A DNA stretch of 64,000 bases from Azolla caroliniana (taxonomy: Eukaryota > Plantae > Polypodiophyta), in assembly GCA_043228905.1 (NCBI GenBank), contig JBHGNT010000012.1, forward strand, positions 10,974,001 through 11,038,000. The letters run 5' to 3'. Shown here piece after piece: positions 12,788 to 26,379 of the stretch. The notes below the pieces were generated by a model. It did not search any database, was not told where the DNA came from, and saw nothing but the letters and a program-made list of their open reading frames with translations. Made by a program: the position numbers and the translations under genes. How positions within the stretch are numbered: position 1 is the first letter of the stretch; every line of letters begins with the position of its first letter.

Positions 12788-13448
12788 CAAGGAAGCAAAG
12801 TGTGTGGATTGCAAGGAAAAGCAACATGCGTCACACCTAGCGGCGCATGCAAACTAAGACTACTCAACAAGAAGGAAAAGTGTCAGATACAAGACTTCGA
12901 GGAGGTGCTAAAAGAAGAAAGCATAATCGAAGAAGAATAATTCGTGTCATATATTCTGGAGGAAGCCTCATTTAATGACACCATCGGCGAAATCGAGGAA
13001 GTCGTGGACTTGAGCTATCCTCACCATCAACATGTGATTTCGGTTAACTCCGTCAACATGTATACTATCATCGATGAATATCATCGAGGCATCTTGATAG
13101 AGGAAGCCGAAGTCAACACAAAATATAAAACCGTGGATAGGAAGATCAAGCCAGTTGCGGTTCCGCTACCGGAAGATAGCTGGCAAAAGATGAAGGAAGT
13201 TGCAAAAGATCCAAGCTTAAGGAACCCAAATACAATTGGTCACGTCTTCACTGAAGAGACGAAGGGAAAGCTACGAGTTGGAAGGGAGGATTTCCTCCTC
13301 CCTGAAGAGGAGCGGATGTTTCGTGGAATGCTTGAAAGACATGGGAAGGCTTTCGCGTTTTACCCACAAGAAATCGAGTGTGCTAATCCAAGGACGGTAG
13401 AACCGATGGTGATCTTCACGGTGCCGCATGTGCCTTGGAATTTGAAAC

Positions 13449-16400
13449 TGTAAAGAATCAAGAGATGGATTCTTGTGAAGCGGAATAGGTGTGAACTGTG
13501 TGTGTGTGTGAGAGAGAGAGAGAGTGAGAGAGACAAGGAATACGCAAGGTAAAAGTATATTGACAAAGGAGATAGACTCAACATTATACAAGGTGGGAGG
13601 AGGGTGCTTTATGTAGTCACCCTCTCTCTTCATTAACTACAAGGCTCAGGAGCATGGGGAATGTGAAACCTCATAAGTTATGTGTCATAGAATATGATTC
13701 TATGACTCATACTAAATGCTAGAATACAAAGTGGTGACATAATGGTGACTCTTGACCGTTGAGGTGTCTCTTCACTCTCAAGGTGAGTTCACACACTAGA
13801 CCAAGTTGAGCTTGATTCTCAACACGCCCCCTCAAGCTCAAGTCGGGTCGGTTTTAGACGGTATCCGAAATCCGCTTCAATTCATGTTCGGGAGTCTGCG
13901 TCGACTCGCGTCGACTCGCTTTATGTGGAGTTGCGGAATCCGTGCTCCAGCTTGCGTTGTGCATAGTTACGAATTCTGTGCTTCGGTTTGCGTCTTTCTT
14001 CGCGGCTTTGCGCGGTAGATCGACTCTTTGCTGCTACGGTGTGTGGTTGCGGAATCTACGCATTATTGCGTAGTGTCTTCAGTACTCCCTCTCAAGCTTG
14101 GCAGATCAGGGATCGTCAATCCGAGATCGGTCATGAATTGCCATAGCTTGTCGACTCCTAAGGCTTTAGTGAAGATGTCGGCCGTTTGAAGATTGGTGCT
14201 TATGTGTTGTAGGTCGACATCGCCAGCCAGAACGCGCTCTCGAATGAAGTGATAGTGCACTTCGATGTGCTTTGTCCTCGTGTGGAACACCGGGTTCTGA
14301 GCCAGATAGATACTGCTCATGTTTTCGCAGTAAATGGAAGTCGGATCCTTGATGGGTACGCCCAGATCCTTCAAAATCCTCTTGAGCCATATGGCTTCAC
14401 ACGCAGCTACGGCTGCGCTCCTGTATTTTGCCTCTCTACTCGAAAGAGAGACGGTGGGCTGCTTCTTGCTACTCCAAGATATTGCTCCGCTGCCAAGGGA
14501 GAAAACAAATCCGGAGGTTGATCTTCTATCGGCTTCGTAGCCGGCCCAATCGGCGTCTGTGTACCCCTCGAATCGTATTGGCATCGCGGTCTTGTAGAGG
14601 ATGTCGCAATCCATTGTGCCGCTCACGTACCGTAGAACTCGCTTAGCGCAATCCAAGTGAGTATCATGCGGTGTTTGCATGAATTGGCTAAGGAGACCGA
14701 CCGGATAACTCAGATCGGGTCGAGTGATCGTGAGGTAGATGAGACTCCCGATGAGTTGCCGATACTGAGTCGGCTCACACGCTTTGGTGCCGGAGTTCGC
14801 ATCCAGTTTGAGATTACGATCGAGCGGGGTTGCCATGGATTTGCACTCAGCCATCCCGAACTTGTATAACAAGTTGAGGATGTAGTGCCGTTGAGAGATC
14901 ATGATTCCGGCCGGAGTCCGAATTACCTCGATGCCAAGGAAGTAGTGGAGCTCCTTCATGTTCGTCATCTCGAACTTGTCGGAAAGGAGGGATTTGAACT
15001 TATTGATTTCGACGAGATGCTCACCTCCAATGACTAGGTCATCCACATATAAAATGATGACGATCGGACTTGCGGAATCGCTTCGTATGTAGAGGGAGTT
15101 GTCCGATTTTGACATACGGAACCCGATTTGATGAAGATATTGCGTTATCTTCGAATGCCAAGCACGTGGTGTTTGCTTGAGGCCATAGAGTGGCTTCTTG
15201 AGTCGGCATACAACTTTCGGATGGGTGCTCGAGTTGAAGCCGGGTGGTTGTAGCATGTACACCTCCTCTTCTAATTCGCCTTGTAGAAAGGCGTTCTTGA
15301 CGTCCATTTGATGGAGGTGCCACCCTTTCGCCGCGGCAATCGCAATTACGGTCCGCACCGGGGCAAAGGTTTCTTCGTAGTCGACGCCATGTGTCTGAGT
15401 GTATCCTTTCGCTACGAGTCGAGCTTTGTAGCGGTTGACGGAACCATCGGAGTTATACTTCACCTTGTAGATCCATCTGCATCCGATCGCCTTTTTGTGT
15501 GGTGAGGTGGGAACGAGATCCCACGTCTCGTTCTTCCGTAGTGCCTGCATCTCCTCGTTCATTGCTTTGATCCATCGCAGGTCCTTCACGGCTTCCGAAA
15601 AGGTTTCCGGCTCTCGTACTGTCGCCACCTTCATCATAAAGGCGTAATGGTACGCCATGTAATCGTTGTACCCGAATTGACTTACGGGGTTCTTTTCACG
15701 AGTGGATCGGCGGAGCTTTTCATTTGCAGAGATGAGGGCTTTCTTTGCTCCGATTGGTACCTCGAAACTGCCGAACTCACTGTCGAGTGAGTGAGTTGAC
15801 TCATCATCGGTGAAGCGATCGTCTTCGTATTCCGCCATTTTCGCCTTGCCTTTGTCCATCTTCAGGCTAGGCCGTGATGTGCTTTGATCGCTCAAAGGCT
15901 CTTGTGGTCCGCTCAGTCGGGTCGTGATCGGACTTTCTTCGAACATGCGCGTAAGGTGATCTTCATCCTCTATCTCTTGTTTGGTGGATTTCGGGTCGAG
16001 CGGGGTCGGAGTCGAAGTTGTCTCTGGTGCATACCAGGATGTAGACTCGTCAAAGACGACGTCTCGACTTACTTGAGATTGTCGAGTTGAGGGGTTGTAG
16101 CACTTGTACCCCTTTTTCTCCAGTGAGTATCCTACGAGGATACATTTCTCCGACTTCGGGTCGAGCTTTTGACACTTCTCGTCGGGGATGTGCACGTACG
16201 CAATGGAGCCGAATATCCGAACATGTGATAGGTTCGGCTTCTTTCCGAAGAATCTTTCGTGCGGAGTGACCTCGTGCACGCCGGATGTTGTGCACCGGTT
16301 CATTAGGTAGACGGCCGTATTTGCCGCTTCGGCCCTATATAACTTGGGCATATGCTTCTCGTTCATCATGGCCCGCGCTACTTCGAGGATGTGCCGATTT

Positions 16401-18905
16401 TTGTGCTCGGCTACTCCGTTTTGTTGCGGAGTGTGTCGGCAAGTGAATTCTCGTCGAATTCCTTCCTTTCGGAGATACGCCGTGAAATCATCCGAGAAGT
16501 ACTCCTTGCCGCCATCCGATCGAAGGCATCATACATGTCGGCTCGTGGCTTTCTCGACTTCATTCTGGAACTTTTGGAAGTGTCCGAACACTTCGCTCTT
16601 TTGCCGCATCGGATAGATCCAAGTGTGCCTAGAAAAGTCGTCGATGAAGAGCACGTAATATCGGCATCCGCCGAATGTCGCCGTTTGGGCCGGACCCCAT
16701 ACATCGGAATGAATTACGTCGAGTACGCCTTTGCTCACATTCCGCTCCTTCGGGAATGGGTGTCGGTGTTGCTTGCCGAATTGGCACGCTTCGCATACAC
16801 CTTCAATTTCCTTCTCTTTGAATGTCGGGAGTCCGATAACGACTCCTTTCGATCTCATTGCTTTGAGTTTGTTGAGATTGATGTGACCGATTCGCTTATG
16901 CAATAGCTGTATGTCGGAGTCGGCTTTCGTGCTTTTCGCGAACATGGCAGATTTCATCTCGTGCGAATCGAGAATGAACATCCAGCCCTCTCTTCTTCTG
17001 CATGCGATGATTCAGCCTTCTTTTTCGATGAGTGACCCTTCTTGATCGAATCGTACTTGCATCCCTTGCTCAACCATTTGGCCGACCAAGACCAAATTCT
17101 TCGTGATAGTGGGAACATGCAAGACATTTTTAATGTATGTTTGCTTACCTCTTTCGCCGAACGGGACATTGCCGATGTGCCGAATCGGGTGCGTAGTGTC
17201 ATCTCCGGTTTCGACATAACCGGGTCGCTCCGGCTCTCGAAGTTCAAGAAACCATTCTTTATGTGATGTCATATGGTTTGAGGCTCCAGAGTCTACAAAC
17301 CATACGTCCTCCGGATTGAGGGCACTAGTTAAGGTAGAGGCCGACATAGAGTTTGCTCTATGTTTCATCATGAACATTCCGCCACGGTCGGAGTTGTATG
17401 CGTACATTCCGCCACGATCCTCGTAGTCGGAGTTGTGCCCGTACATTCCGCTATACTCTTCGTAGTCGGAATTGTGCTCGTAATTTGTGAGTTGTCGACT
17501 TGTGGAAGCCGATTCACGCATCTTCTTTCGGCACTCTTCTTCGTGGTGGTCGAGCTTTCCGCAATATCCGCATTCGGTTGCGTTTTGACGGCTCGGGCCG
17601 GAGTGAAAGCTCCCCCTTCTTGCGAAGGTTCCTCGTTGGCCTCCGTTTTGCGGCCGAAATTGAGAGTTGTTGTCGTAGGTCGGACCTCGTCCGCCTTGTC
17701 CTTGGCCGAATCGGCCTCCCGCTCGTTTGCGTCCTCTTCCTCCATTAGAGTGCGTGTAGAGCATGTGGCCTTCCGACTCATTGCTCCTTGTACGCACGTG
17801 GTTTTCTTCGACCAATAGCATTGATTGGAGCTCGAAGAAGGAGGGAGATTTCTCCCGTGCTAGAACGGCGGTTCGCATCGCACCGAACCGTGGTGCGAGG
17901 CCGCCAAGGCATATTTGCACCATCTCATCATCATCTATACTTACGCTTATTGAACCGAGCGAGTCGCAAAGCTCCTTGATCTTCAAGGTGTATGTCGTGA
18001 TGGACATGTCCCTTTGTTGAATGTTGTTCAACTCTTGGCGGAGTTGAAGCTTCCTCGCGGTCGTGTTGGCGGCTAAAATCTTTCGTAGGTTTTCCCACGC
18101 TTCCTTCGGCGTCTTGGCTTCTCGAATGTAACCGAGCATGTGGTCGTGAACACATGTCGCCAAACAATACATCACGCGGCTTGTGGCTTGCTCCCATGTT
18201 GCGTATCCGGGAGCCGCTTCGGTGGGTCGGTCTTCATGCGATCCTTTGATGTAGCTCCAATAGCCTTGTCCGACAAGGTATTGGTGCATCTTGTACTCCC
18301 AAGATGCGAAGTTGTTTCGATCCAACTTCTCGGTAGGGAGAGCACTCCCCATTTGAGTATTCATTATGTCGATTCTTCTTCTTCTTCTTCTTCTCTCTTC
18401 GAGTGCGAGCTATGTAGCGAAGCTACAATAGTGATGAGCCGGTTCTTGGTCGTCGGCGTGGAGCACAACACACGATCACGATGAGGCGAATGGGCTAGAT
18501 TGAGCTACCAAATCGCTCTGATACCATGTAAAGAATCAAGAGATGGATTCTTGTGAAGCGGAATAGGTGTGAACTGTGTGTGAGAGAGAGAGAGAGTGAG
18601 AGAGTGAGAGAGACAAGGAATACGCAAGGTAAAAGTATATTGACAAAGGAGATAGACTCAACATTATACAAGGTGGGAGGAGGGTGCTTTATGTAGTCAC
18701 CCTCTCTCTTCATTAACTACAAGGCTCATGGAGCATGGGGAATGTGAAACCTCATAAGTTATGTGTCATAGAATATGATTCTATGACTCATACTAAATCC
18801 TAGAATACAAAGTGGTGACATAATGGTGACTCTTGACCGTTGAGGTGTCTCTTCACTCTCAAGGTGAGTTCACACACTAGACCAAGTTGAGCTTGATTCT
18901 CAACA
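13449..18905 (-). mobile_element. Full-length young Ty1/Copia element nested in Gypsy pol; LTRs 13449-13824 and 18527-18905; TSD GAAAC
   Basis: Near-identical TG..CA LTRs; PBS-Met 18515-18526; PPT 13825-13836; gag-pro 17012-18364 (CGYCGKLDH knuckle, WFVDSGAS); IN-RT-RH 14063-16981 with frameshifts. Confidence 0.97.
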
Positions 18906-21900
18906 GAAACCGATACCGATTCCGAGAGCACACCTACTGAAGCTGATCAAGCTCTTAAAGGAGAAGGTGAGGATGGGAATTCTAGAACCGTCGAACGCTC
19001 CTTATTCTAATAGGTGGTTCACGGTGCCAAAGAAGAATGGATCTTCGTGATTCATTCAAGATCTTCAACCCGTCACCAAGGTGACAATTCGGAATGTTGG
19101 AATCGGTCCGACTGTGGATGAATTTGTTGAGGCGTTTGCGGGGCGGTCCATATACTCCATCGACGATATCTACTCTGGCTACGATCAATTCCAGTTGGCG
19201 ATTGACAATCGTGACATTACAACCATGAGAACTCCAATCGCGTTGGTGCGGATGTGTAACTTACCTCAAGGCGCAACGAACTCGGTGGCTCAAATGGTGA
19301 ATGCCATGAACAAGGTCTTGAAGGATTGCATCCCGGATATCACGATGCCATTCTTAGATGATATTCCGATAAAAGGATGTTCAGATGAAGAGAAGGATGA
19401 ATCAAAAGATAAGGATGAATGTAGAAAGTTCGTTGTGGATCATATGAAAGATTGCAAGAAGGTGCTCCAAAGGCTCGAAGATGCGAATTTGACATTTTCG
19501 GGAGAAAAATCTGCATTCGGGCAACCGGAGATCCTGGTGGTAGGTCACTTGTGTGGAGCATATGGTCGGAAGCCTTCGCCATCCAAGGTGAATGCAATCC
19601 AAGACATGAAAGAAGAATGTGTAACCCAAACGGAGGTTCGAAGGTTCCTTGGAGCATGCACGTTTTATCATATTTGGATTCCACACTACGCCCACATTGC
19701 TGAGCCATTATATGGTCTACTAAAGAAGAAGCGGATGTTCGAATGGACAAGCGAGCATACAATCGCCATCCGAAGGCTGAAGAAATTATTGATGGAGGCA
19801 CCTGCATTACGGAAAGCGGACTATTCATACGGCAAGCCGATTTTCATGACTGTGGATACTAGTCCAATCGGAATTGGATGTGTTATCAACCAAGAAGATG
19901 AAGATTGCAACCGATATGCAATTCGGTTTGGCGCAAAAGTGTTAAGTGACAGGCAAAGAAGGTATGCCCAAGTGAAGAGGGAGCTATGGGGAATCATCTC
20001 GGCAATCAAATATCGTGATTACCTTATTGGAGTAGAAGTCATACTTGAGACAGATTGCCTACCAATTTTGGGTATGATATCTAGTTGTAATACACCGGAT
20101 ATTGCCATGTTGCGTTGGATTGCATATATCAAATCACTCAACTCGGAGATCCATCATGTAGCTGGGAAGCGTAATGTCGTTGCAGACATGCTATCACGAG
20201 CGAGATACGACAGAGAAGAAGATCGACATTCTGATGAAGATGATGTTGGCTTGGATTTCTTTGCAAGTTCCTACGCTCGGGTGTTGACTACTTTCATAGA
20301 AGAGGACTACGAAGGCGAATTCGTGGAGATCGGGAAATACTTGAGTTCTCTCCAAAAAGATGAATCATGGTCGACGGAAGACTTCCATCGAATTCGGAAG
20401 AAGGCATACAAGTATTTCCTTAAGGATGGAGCTCTTTGGAGGCATGCAAAAAAGAAGAATGGGACTCCGATGAGAGTTGTCTGCAAGCTAGAAGACCAAC
20501 AAAAACTAATGTCTGAATTTCATGATAGTGTTTTTGCATGCCATCGAGGAATATGGGCTACGTTTGCCTAGCTTAAGGAGAAATATTGGTGGCCGAACAT
20601 CTACAAAGATGTAGCAGCTTATGTGGAAACATGTAAGGAATGTCAGATGTTTTCGAATATTCGCCATCGAGATGGACTTCATCCGACTTACCCATTGGCT
20701 ATGCATTACAAGTGGATGGTGGACATCGTGATGATGCCAATGGGGCGATGGCAGATGAAGTATCTTGTGCTCGCGAGAGAGGATCTTACCAATCAAGTTG
20801 AAGGGCGAGCATTAAGAACTAAGGAGACATCATCGGTATGCCGATTCCTTCTTGAAGATGTTATTTGCAAATATGGATGCGTCGGCAAGATAGTGGTTGA
20901 TTGAGGCGAGTTGGACGCCAATGAAGCTAGAGAATTCTTCTCGAGGATGGGAATAAAATTATCTCTTACCATGGCGTATAATCTGGAAGCAAATGGGAAG
21001 GTGGAACGTGGACATGGACCGATTGTGAAGGCTCTAGTAAAAGCTTGCCACGGGAAAATAGGAGAATGGTCGCGTCTATTGCCATTTGCACTATGGGCTG
21101 ACAGGACTACTCATAGCACAGTGACGGGATACATGCCGACAGAGCTCATATTCAGACAAAAGCCAACAATGCCTGTAGAACAAAGTATTATGTCATGGTT
21201 TCCATTGCCATGGCAAGATGAGATAAGTAGAGAAGATCTTCTAGCATTGAGGATTCAACAATTAGAGCGAATTTTGGAATATATAGAGGAGGCTAAAGCG
21301 CGGCTAAAGAATGCAAGGCTAAAGAACAAGAACAACTTCGATAAACGACATCGACATCGGCCGAGGAAAATCGTTGAAGGAGATTGGGTGCTAGTCTATG
21401 ACAGTAGCCTAGATAACCAACATAGTACGACTCAAAAATTCTCACAATGATGGTTTGGGCCATATGTGGTGAAGAAAGTGGAAGATAATGCAACATATCA
21501 TTTAGTAGAACTAGATGGTACACCACTTGCATTGCCAATTGCCGGTAAAAGAATCAAGATCATCAAGAGAAGAGATAGAATAGAAATTGGATTCGAAGCT
21601 TTTGACAATTCAGTCTTAAGCATCGATGAAAAAGTATAGTAAACAAAATTGAATCCTCACCAAAATTGGCACATACCGGTGGATGTGCAGGTTTGGTGGG
21701 GGTGAATGTCGTGTGAATCTTCACACACTATGTAAAAAATAATGAAATAATTATTATAGATTAGATTAGTAGCTTACTATAGAAAGACGGATATACTCAA
21801 GAGCTTCAAAATGTATTTTACTATATACAAAATGGAGAAATACATATCAAGTTATATGAAAATAAAGTTTAAGAAGATAGGGAAATTAGAACTATCCCAC

Positions 21901-22992
21901 ATAGATAGGAAAGTTATGGCCCTGGCTATATAAGCACCTTGAGCTCCCTCATTTTTCATTTGTGCTAAGAGCACTTTGGCCACTTTGTCTTGATGGATGA
22001 TGGTGGCCAAATTCCCTAAAACCGGAAACCAGCCGGTAAGCAAATTCGGAAACCGGTTCGGTAAGCAAATTTAGAAACCGGCCGGTATGCAAATCGGAAA
22101 CAGGCCGGTAAGCAAAACCAGAACCGGAATCGGCAAGCAAACCGGAACTAGAAACCGGCCAGTATGCAAACCGGAAACCGACCGGTAAGCAAAACCAGAA
22201 CCAGAATCGACAAGCAAACTAGAACCGGAACTGGCCGGCAAGCAAAACTGGAACCAGCCGGTAAGCAAAACCGGAACCGGAACCGGTATGCAAATCGGAA
22301 ACCGGCCGGTAAGCAAAACCAAAAACGGAACCGGCCGGCAAGCAAAATCGGAACCGGAACCGGCTAGCGAGGGATTCGGCGATCGGGCGGAACCGGCTAC
22401 CGGACGAGGTTGGACGTGGACGGATGGAAGATTGGATCATGCAACAAACTAAAGTAAAGTAAATAGACCTAAAGTAAAGGCCATGTGGACGCAAGCAACT
22501 AAAGTTGGAGTGCATGCAAAAAGTAAAGGTCATGTGGACGGTCACATGCAACTAAACGAAAAAGCCATGCCACTAAAAATAGATGCAACTAAAAGAAAAA
22601 GCTAAGCAACTAAAAGTAGAGGCCATGCAACAAAAAGTGGACATGCAAATGAATGTCGACAAAAAGGGAATGTCGACATCCATATTACTACAAGTATTTT
22701 AGGATTTGAAATGTTCAAATGTCTTATATGCATTTTAGGATGTAGAACTATATTGTACATCAAAAAATTGTGTAAACATAGATGTTTTTTACAATATTAT
22801 AGATATTTTTTAAAAAGGTAAATAATTTTCAAATTCTAGAAGTATTTAACGTACTATACGTTACGTATTTTACATATTTTATAAGTATTTAACATATTAA
22901 GAAAATGTATTTAACGTATTTTTAAATTGGGAGGTACTATACGGGTATTAATACGTTAACTACGTATGGTATCCGTACCGTACCTAACAACC

Positions 22993-25930
22993 TTGGTCCA
23001 CAGTCTTGTACTTGGTGTCTACTCAGGCAACCCGATGCGCCCTGGTTTTTCTTTCGAAGTCCGCAATGACTTCATACATGTCGATCGAGTTGACCAGCAT
23101 GACTCGGTCTTCGCTTAGGCCCTCTTCGACTACCTTCCCGATTTCTCCAAGGGTGTCATCGAATAAGACCACCTCCACGGCTTCCCTAATCCCTTCATCA
23201 TGACTCAAGGCTCCGCACGCCTTTAAGCATATCTCGACCCATTTTCTTTCTCGGCCACTAATGCTGGCTATGGTACATCCTCCATTGTCGGAGAATAAAA
23301 CTTTCTTTCGTATTTTACAGGTGTGGAGAATTTTCCGGCTATCCAGACTATCGCGGCCCCACGTCTTGATAGCCCTTTCTAAAAATCCGCCTTGTCGTTA
23401 TTTCCGAGGGTGTCTCTGTTCCGCTTGTGATTCTTCCGAACGGTCAAAAATTGCACGGAATGACAACCATCCTGACTTTTTACCCTTGCATAGGCTGAAC
23501 CATTGTCCAACACTTTCGTCTCCATTCTAACCGCCGTGATGTATGGTTCGCCGAGGATGACCGGGTAGGAGGATGTCTCTTGCACGAAAAAGTGTTGGTT
23601 TATATCGACGTCTCTGACGCTCACCTTGACGTTCGGGCAAGCCCCGTGTAGTTCTTCCGTGGCTCTTGTAGCCGTGCGTATCTTCCACCTGTGTTTGGTG
23701 TTGATCGGCCAATTCCCCTTCCTGTAGAAGTCCATGGACATCAGGTTAATTTCTGACCCGTGGTCGATCAATGCTACCATCGGTTCCTTCACGTCCCCAA
23801 TACAAATGGGGGTTTCTGTAGTCACTCTTGCCTAGTGCGGCCTGGCGTAGTGTCTCTTCACAAGCTCGTCTTCCGCAGCCATCTCGTCAAGGAGTGCCGC
23901 CCTTACCTCAACCGGTTTCTCGGGCTCCGGTTCCGTCGCGAGACGCTTTCTCTTCATGAGGTCCACGATGCTATCATGGAATTCCCTTCTCGTTATGCCA
24001 AGCACTTCCCTAAGCGTGAGTTCTATGCTATTGTCGACAACTCGCTCCTCTAGAACCCTTTGTAGGTTCATTGTTTTCTCTATTTCCGAGCTTAAACGGA
24101 AGCTCGGAATCCTGCCCTTCTCCTTCTCCTGGGACTTGGTCGGAGTGGCATCGTGCCTTTTCGGCGCGCTTCAGGTGTCATACCTCCCTGAAGGGCCTGC
24201 TCCCCCAGTTTTCCCTGCTTGCCTTTCGTCGATTAGGGCCTCGTAGTTCCTGCACGCGGCCTCCACAAAGCCAGTGCTCTCCTCAACTGGGTCACTCCAG
24301 CCCGTAACCTCGCGCACACGCTCCCCCGCGCGCTCCACATGTCCCTTATGCAGCCTTCCTCCGGAGAAGGTCTCGAGAATAACCGGCTAGAACCCAGGGT
24401 TTGAATAAGGTTTGGTCGTCCTTTCGCCTACGCGGATGCCGGCCGAAGCTGAGTAGTGGACAACTTTGACGTGTCGTGCCGCAACCTCTTCCATTAGCCT
24501 CTTCATGCCTCCTCATCCGAAATTCGCATCCAACAATCTTCGTGTGTCGCTCGAATGTATCCTGCCATTAGAAAGATAAACTACATTACTTCTGAGCGCT
24601 TCGCCGAGGTCAGCGCAATCTCTCCGGACATGTCCGGTGGCGTCGCACCATATGCACCTCTGATTGGCCGGCGGTCGCCGGTTGCGCGGTTGACCCTCGT
24701 CCCTTCGTCGGGCCTGGGCGATCTGGAAATCGCGCACCATCCTTGTTAGTTCTTCGAGTCCTGTGCCGCCTGCAAGTCCCGTGACTACGTTTGCCGGGGG
24801 TGGGCCTAGCTCGAGCCACATCCTCGTTTCTTCCATTCGGCTCGGCATCGGCTCGGCTCTAGTTTTGACAGCCGGTCCGGTCTGCGAGAACCCCCTTCCT
24901 TTCCAATCTTGGCGTTCTGACCCTTGTCGGGGTTGTTGACCCAATCCATAAAGTTCATTCTCGATAGTCGGAGCAAGTCGTCGTAGTTGTACCTTTCGAG
25001 AACTTCCTCCGTGAATTCCGCCCAATCGCGGCAGCCCGCTTATATTTCGGCCATCTTTGTATGGATGTGTGGTGTCACGACCCGGGGAAACCCTGTCAGC
25101 CGCCTATCCTCGGGTATATTCCTCATCTGCATCTCAGATTTGTAGGCCTCTAAGTAACTCGTGGTGTCTTTTCCACTGAACTGGCCTATCTTGTCGACTA
25201 TTGCTTATATGGCCTTGTTGAGGGCACTCGCGCCCTCACGAGCGCTAACCAGGCGGTCTATCGCCACCGCCATTGCTTCTGCAAGTTCACTCCCTGTCAT
25301 TTTCAGATTCCTTTGCTGCCCTTTTCACGTCGGGTTCACCAAATATGTCGAGGAAATCCTCGCGGATGCGTAGAAGTTTGGCAGGACCACGGGGGTCTTC
25401 TACCAAGGAATCAAGAAGCGAGGAGGAAGGGTCTGTGGTTTATGCAAGCCCTGAGACCGCAGTTTAAATAGAGAAGGTTAGTGAAACGAGAGAGAGTGTA
25501 AGAGGATCGTGTGTAGACACATGTGCAGACAGAGATGCTAAGAACAACTTGCATCAGGTAGATAAGTTTCTATTAATCAATATATGCGCATAGCGCTATG
25601 GGTGATTACAACCAAATCAGTGTCAGTGATCGAGCGTAGGCTCTGCAATAGTCAGATACAAAGTTGAGTAGGCACACAGAAGGTCGATCCCCTAGCCAGG
25701 AGCACTTGGGTGTCTGACGCGAGCAGGGGAAGCGCCTTCCGATAGTCTGTCACCCGACTCTCTGTTTTCTTTTCTCTCCCTCTAAAAATATGACATCCCT
25801 CAAATAGTCAAAGTTTGTCCCTTTTATAGCACAAGGAGCGACCGTTACAAAGCATTCATGACTTGTTGCTTTCCCTTCCTACATTCTCCCCTTGATTCGC
25901 TCTCCTCGTAACTCTCCCTACTTACGTGAT
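22993..25930 (-). mobile_element. Second, diverged tRNA-Trp-primed Gypsy copy (gag-pro and start of pol; 3'-truncated), LTR from 25346 (far end uncertain)
   Basis: PBS 25325-25341; CIWCDATGHVRRDC knuckle; LIDHGSEIN protease; ...VDTKYKTVD homologous to 13110 region. Confidence 0.88.
23323..23388 (-). other. Candidate -1 frameshift signal in second Gypsy copy
   Basis: GCG GAT TTT TAG; stem GGGCTATC/GATAGTCT; loop GTGGGG pairs with CTCCAC. Confidence 0.75.
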
Positions 25931-26370
25931 GTCTGAATCCGGATCGAGTGAATTCGGATGGATACGGTGCAAACCGGATCCAAGGACATATGTGTAAATA
26001 TGTTTTATGGTGAGCCCATCGAGGCTATATTTGTAAATAGCCGTAAAGTCATATAAGTATAAATATGACTTAGGGCAATCACTTTAGTGTGATGATGTTG
26101 TACTGGTTGTATCATCGTTGTACGCAGAGAGTGTGAGAGAGAGATACAGAACTAGTTTCTATTGTAACCGTCGGCTAGCGAAGACATAGAGCTCGAGGTC
26201 GTTACCTCTAAGTCTCACATTGTATTCCTCCCCTCATAGTGATAGTTGGAGTATGTGGGCTCCCGTGGTTTTTCCCATTTAGGGTTTTCCACGTTAACAT
26301 TCTGTGTCATCTCTGTTTTAGTTTGTTCTCTTCTATTCCTCGTTGAAGACTCGGTTGTGGACGAGCGTTA
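25930..26370 (+). mobile_element. Truncated Copia LTR related to the 28192/52148 LTR families
   Basis: Shares GAGGCTATA.TTGTAAATAGCC...TATAAATATGACTTAGGGCAA and CCGTGGTTTTTCCC..AGGGTTTTCCACGT blocks. Confidence 0.7.
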
Positions 26371-26379
26371 TTTCCGCAC

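Larger units (their letters stand above)
9552..22648 (+). mobile_element. Ty3/Gypsy element (non-chromovirus type, tRNA-Trp primed); 5' LTR remnant 9552-10609, gag-pro 10663-12734, pol 12725-21639 (interrupted by Copia), 3' LTR remnant 21707-22648
   Basis: Protease LIDHGSEIN; RT PQGATNSVA and FLDD; RNase H VDTS and ETDC; integrase HHCC and DDE; PPT GGTGGGGGTGAA then TGTCGTG; 9557-9975 repeats at ~22130-22648; several premature stops. Confidence 0.92.

Noticed and set aside
14166-18484. Many antisense and alternate-frame ORFs over Copia pol
   Set aside because: Shadow ORFs expected from GC-rich codon usage
22650-22990. AT-rich block with CGTACC/TACGT motifs as a DNA transposon end
   Set aside because: No partner terminus or TSD identified
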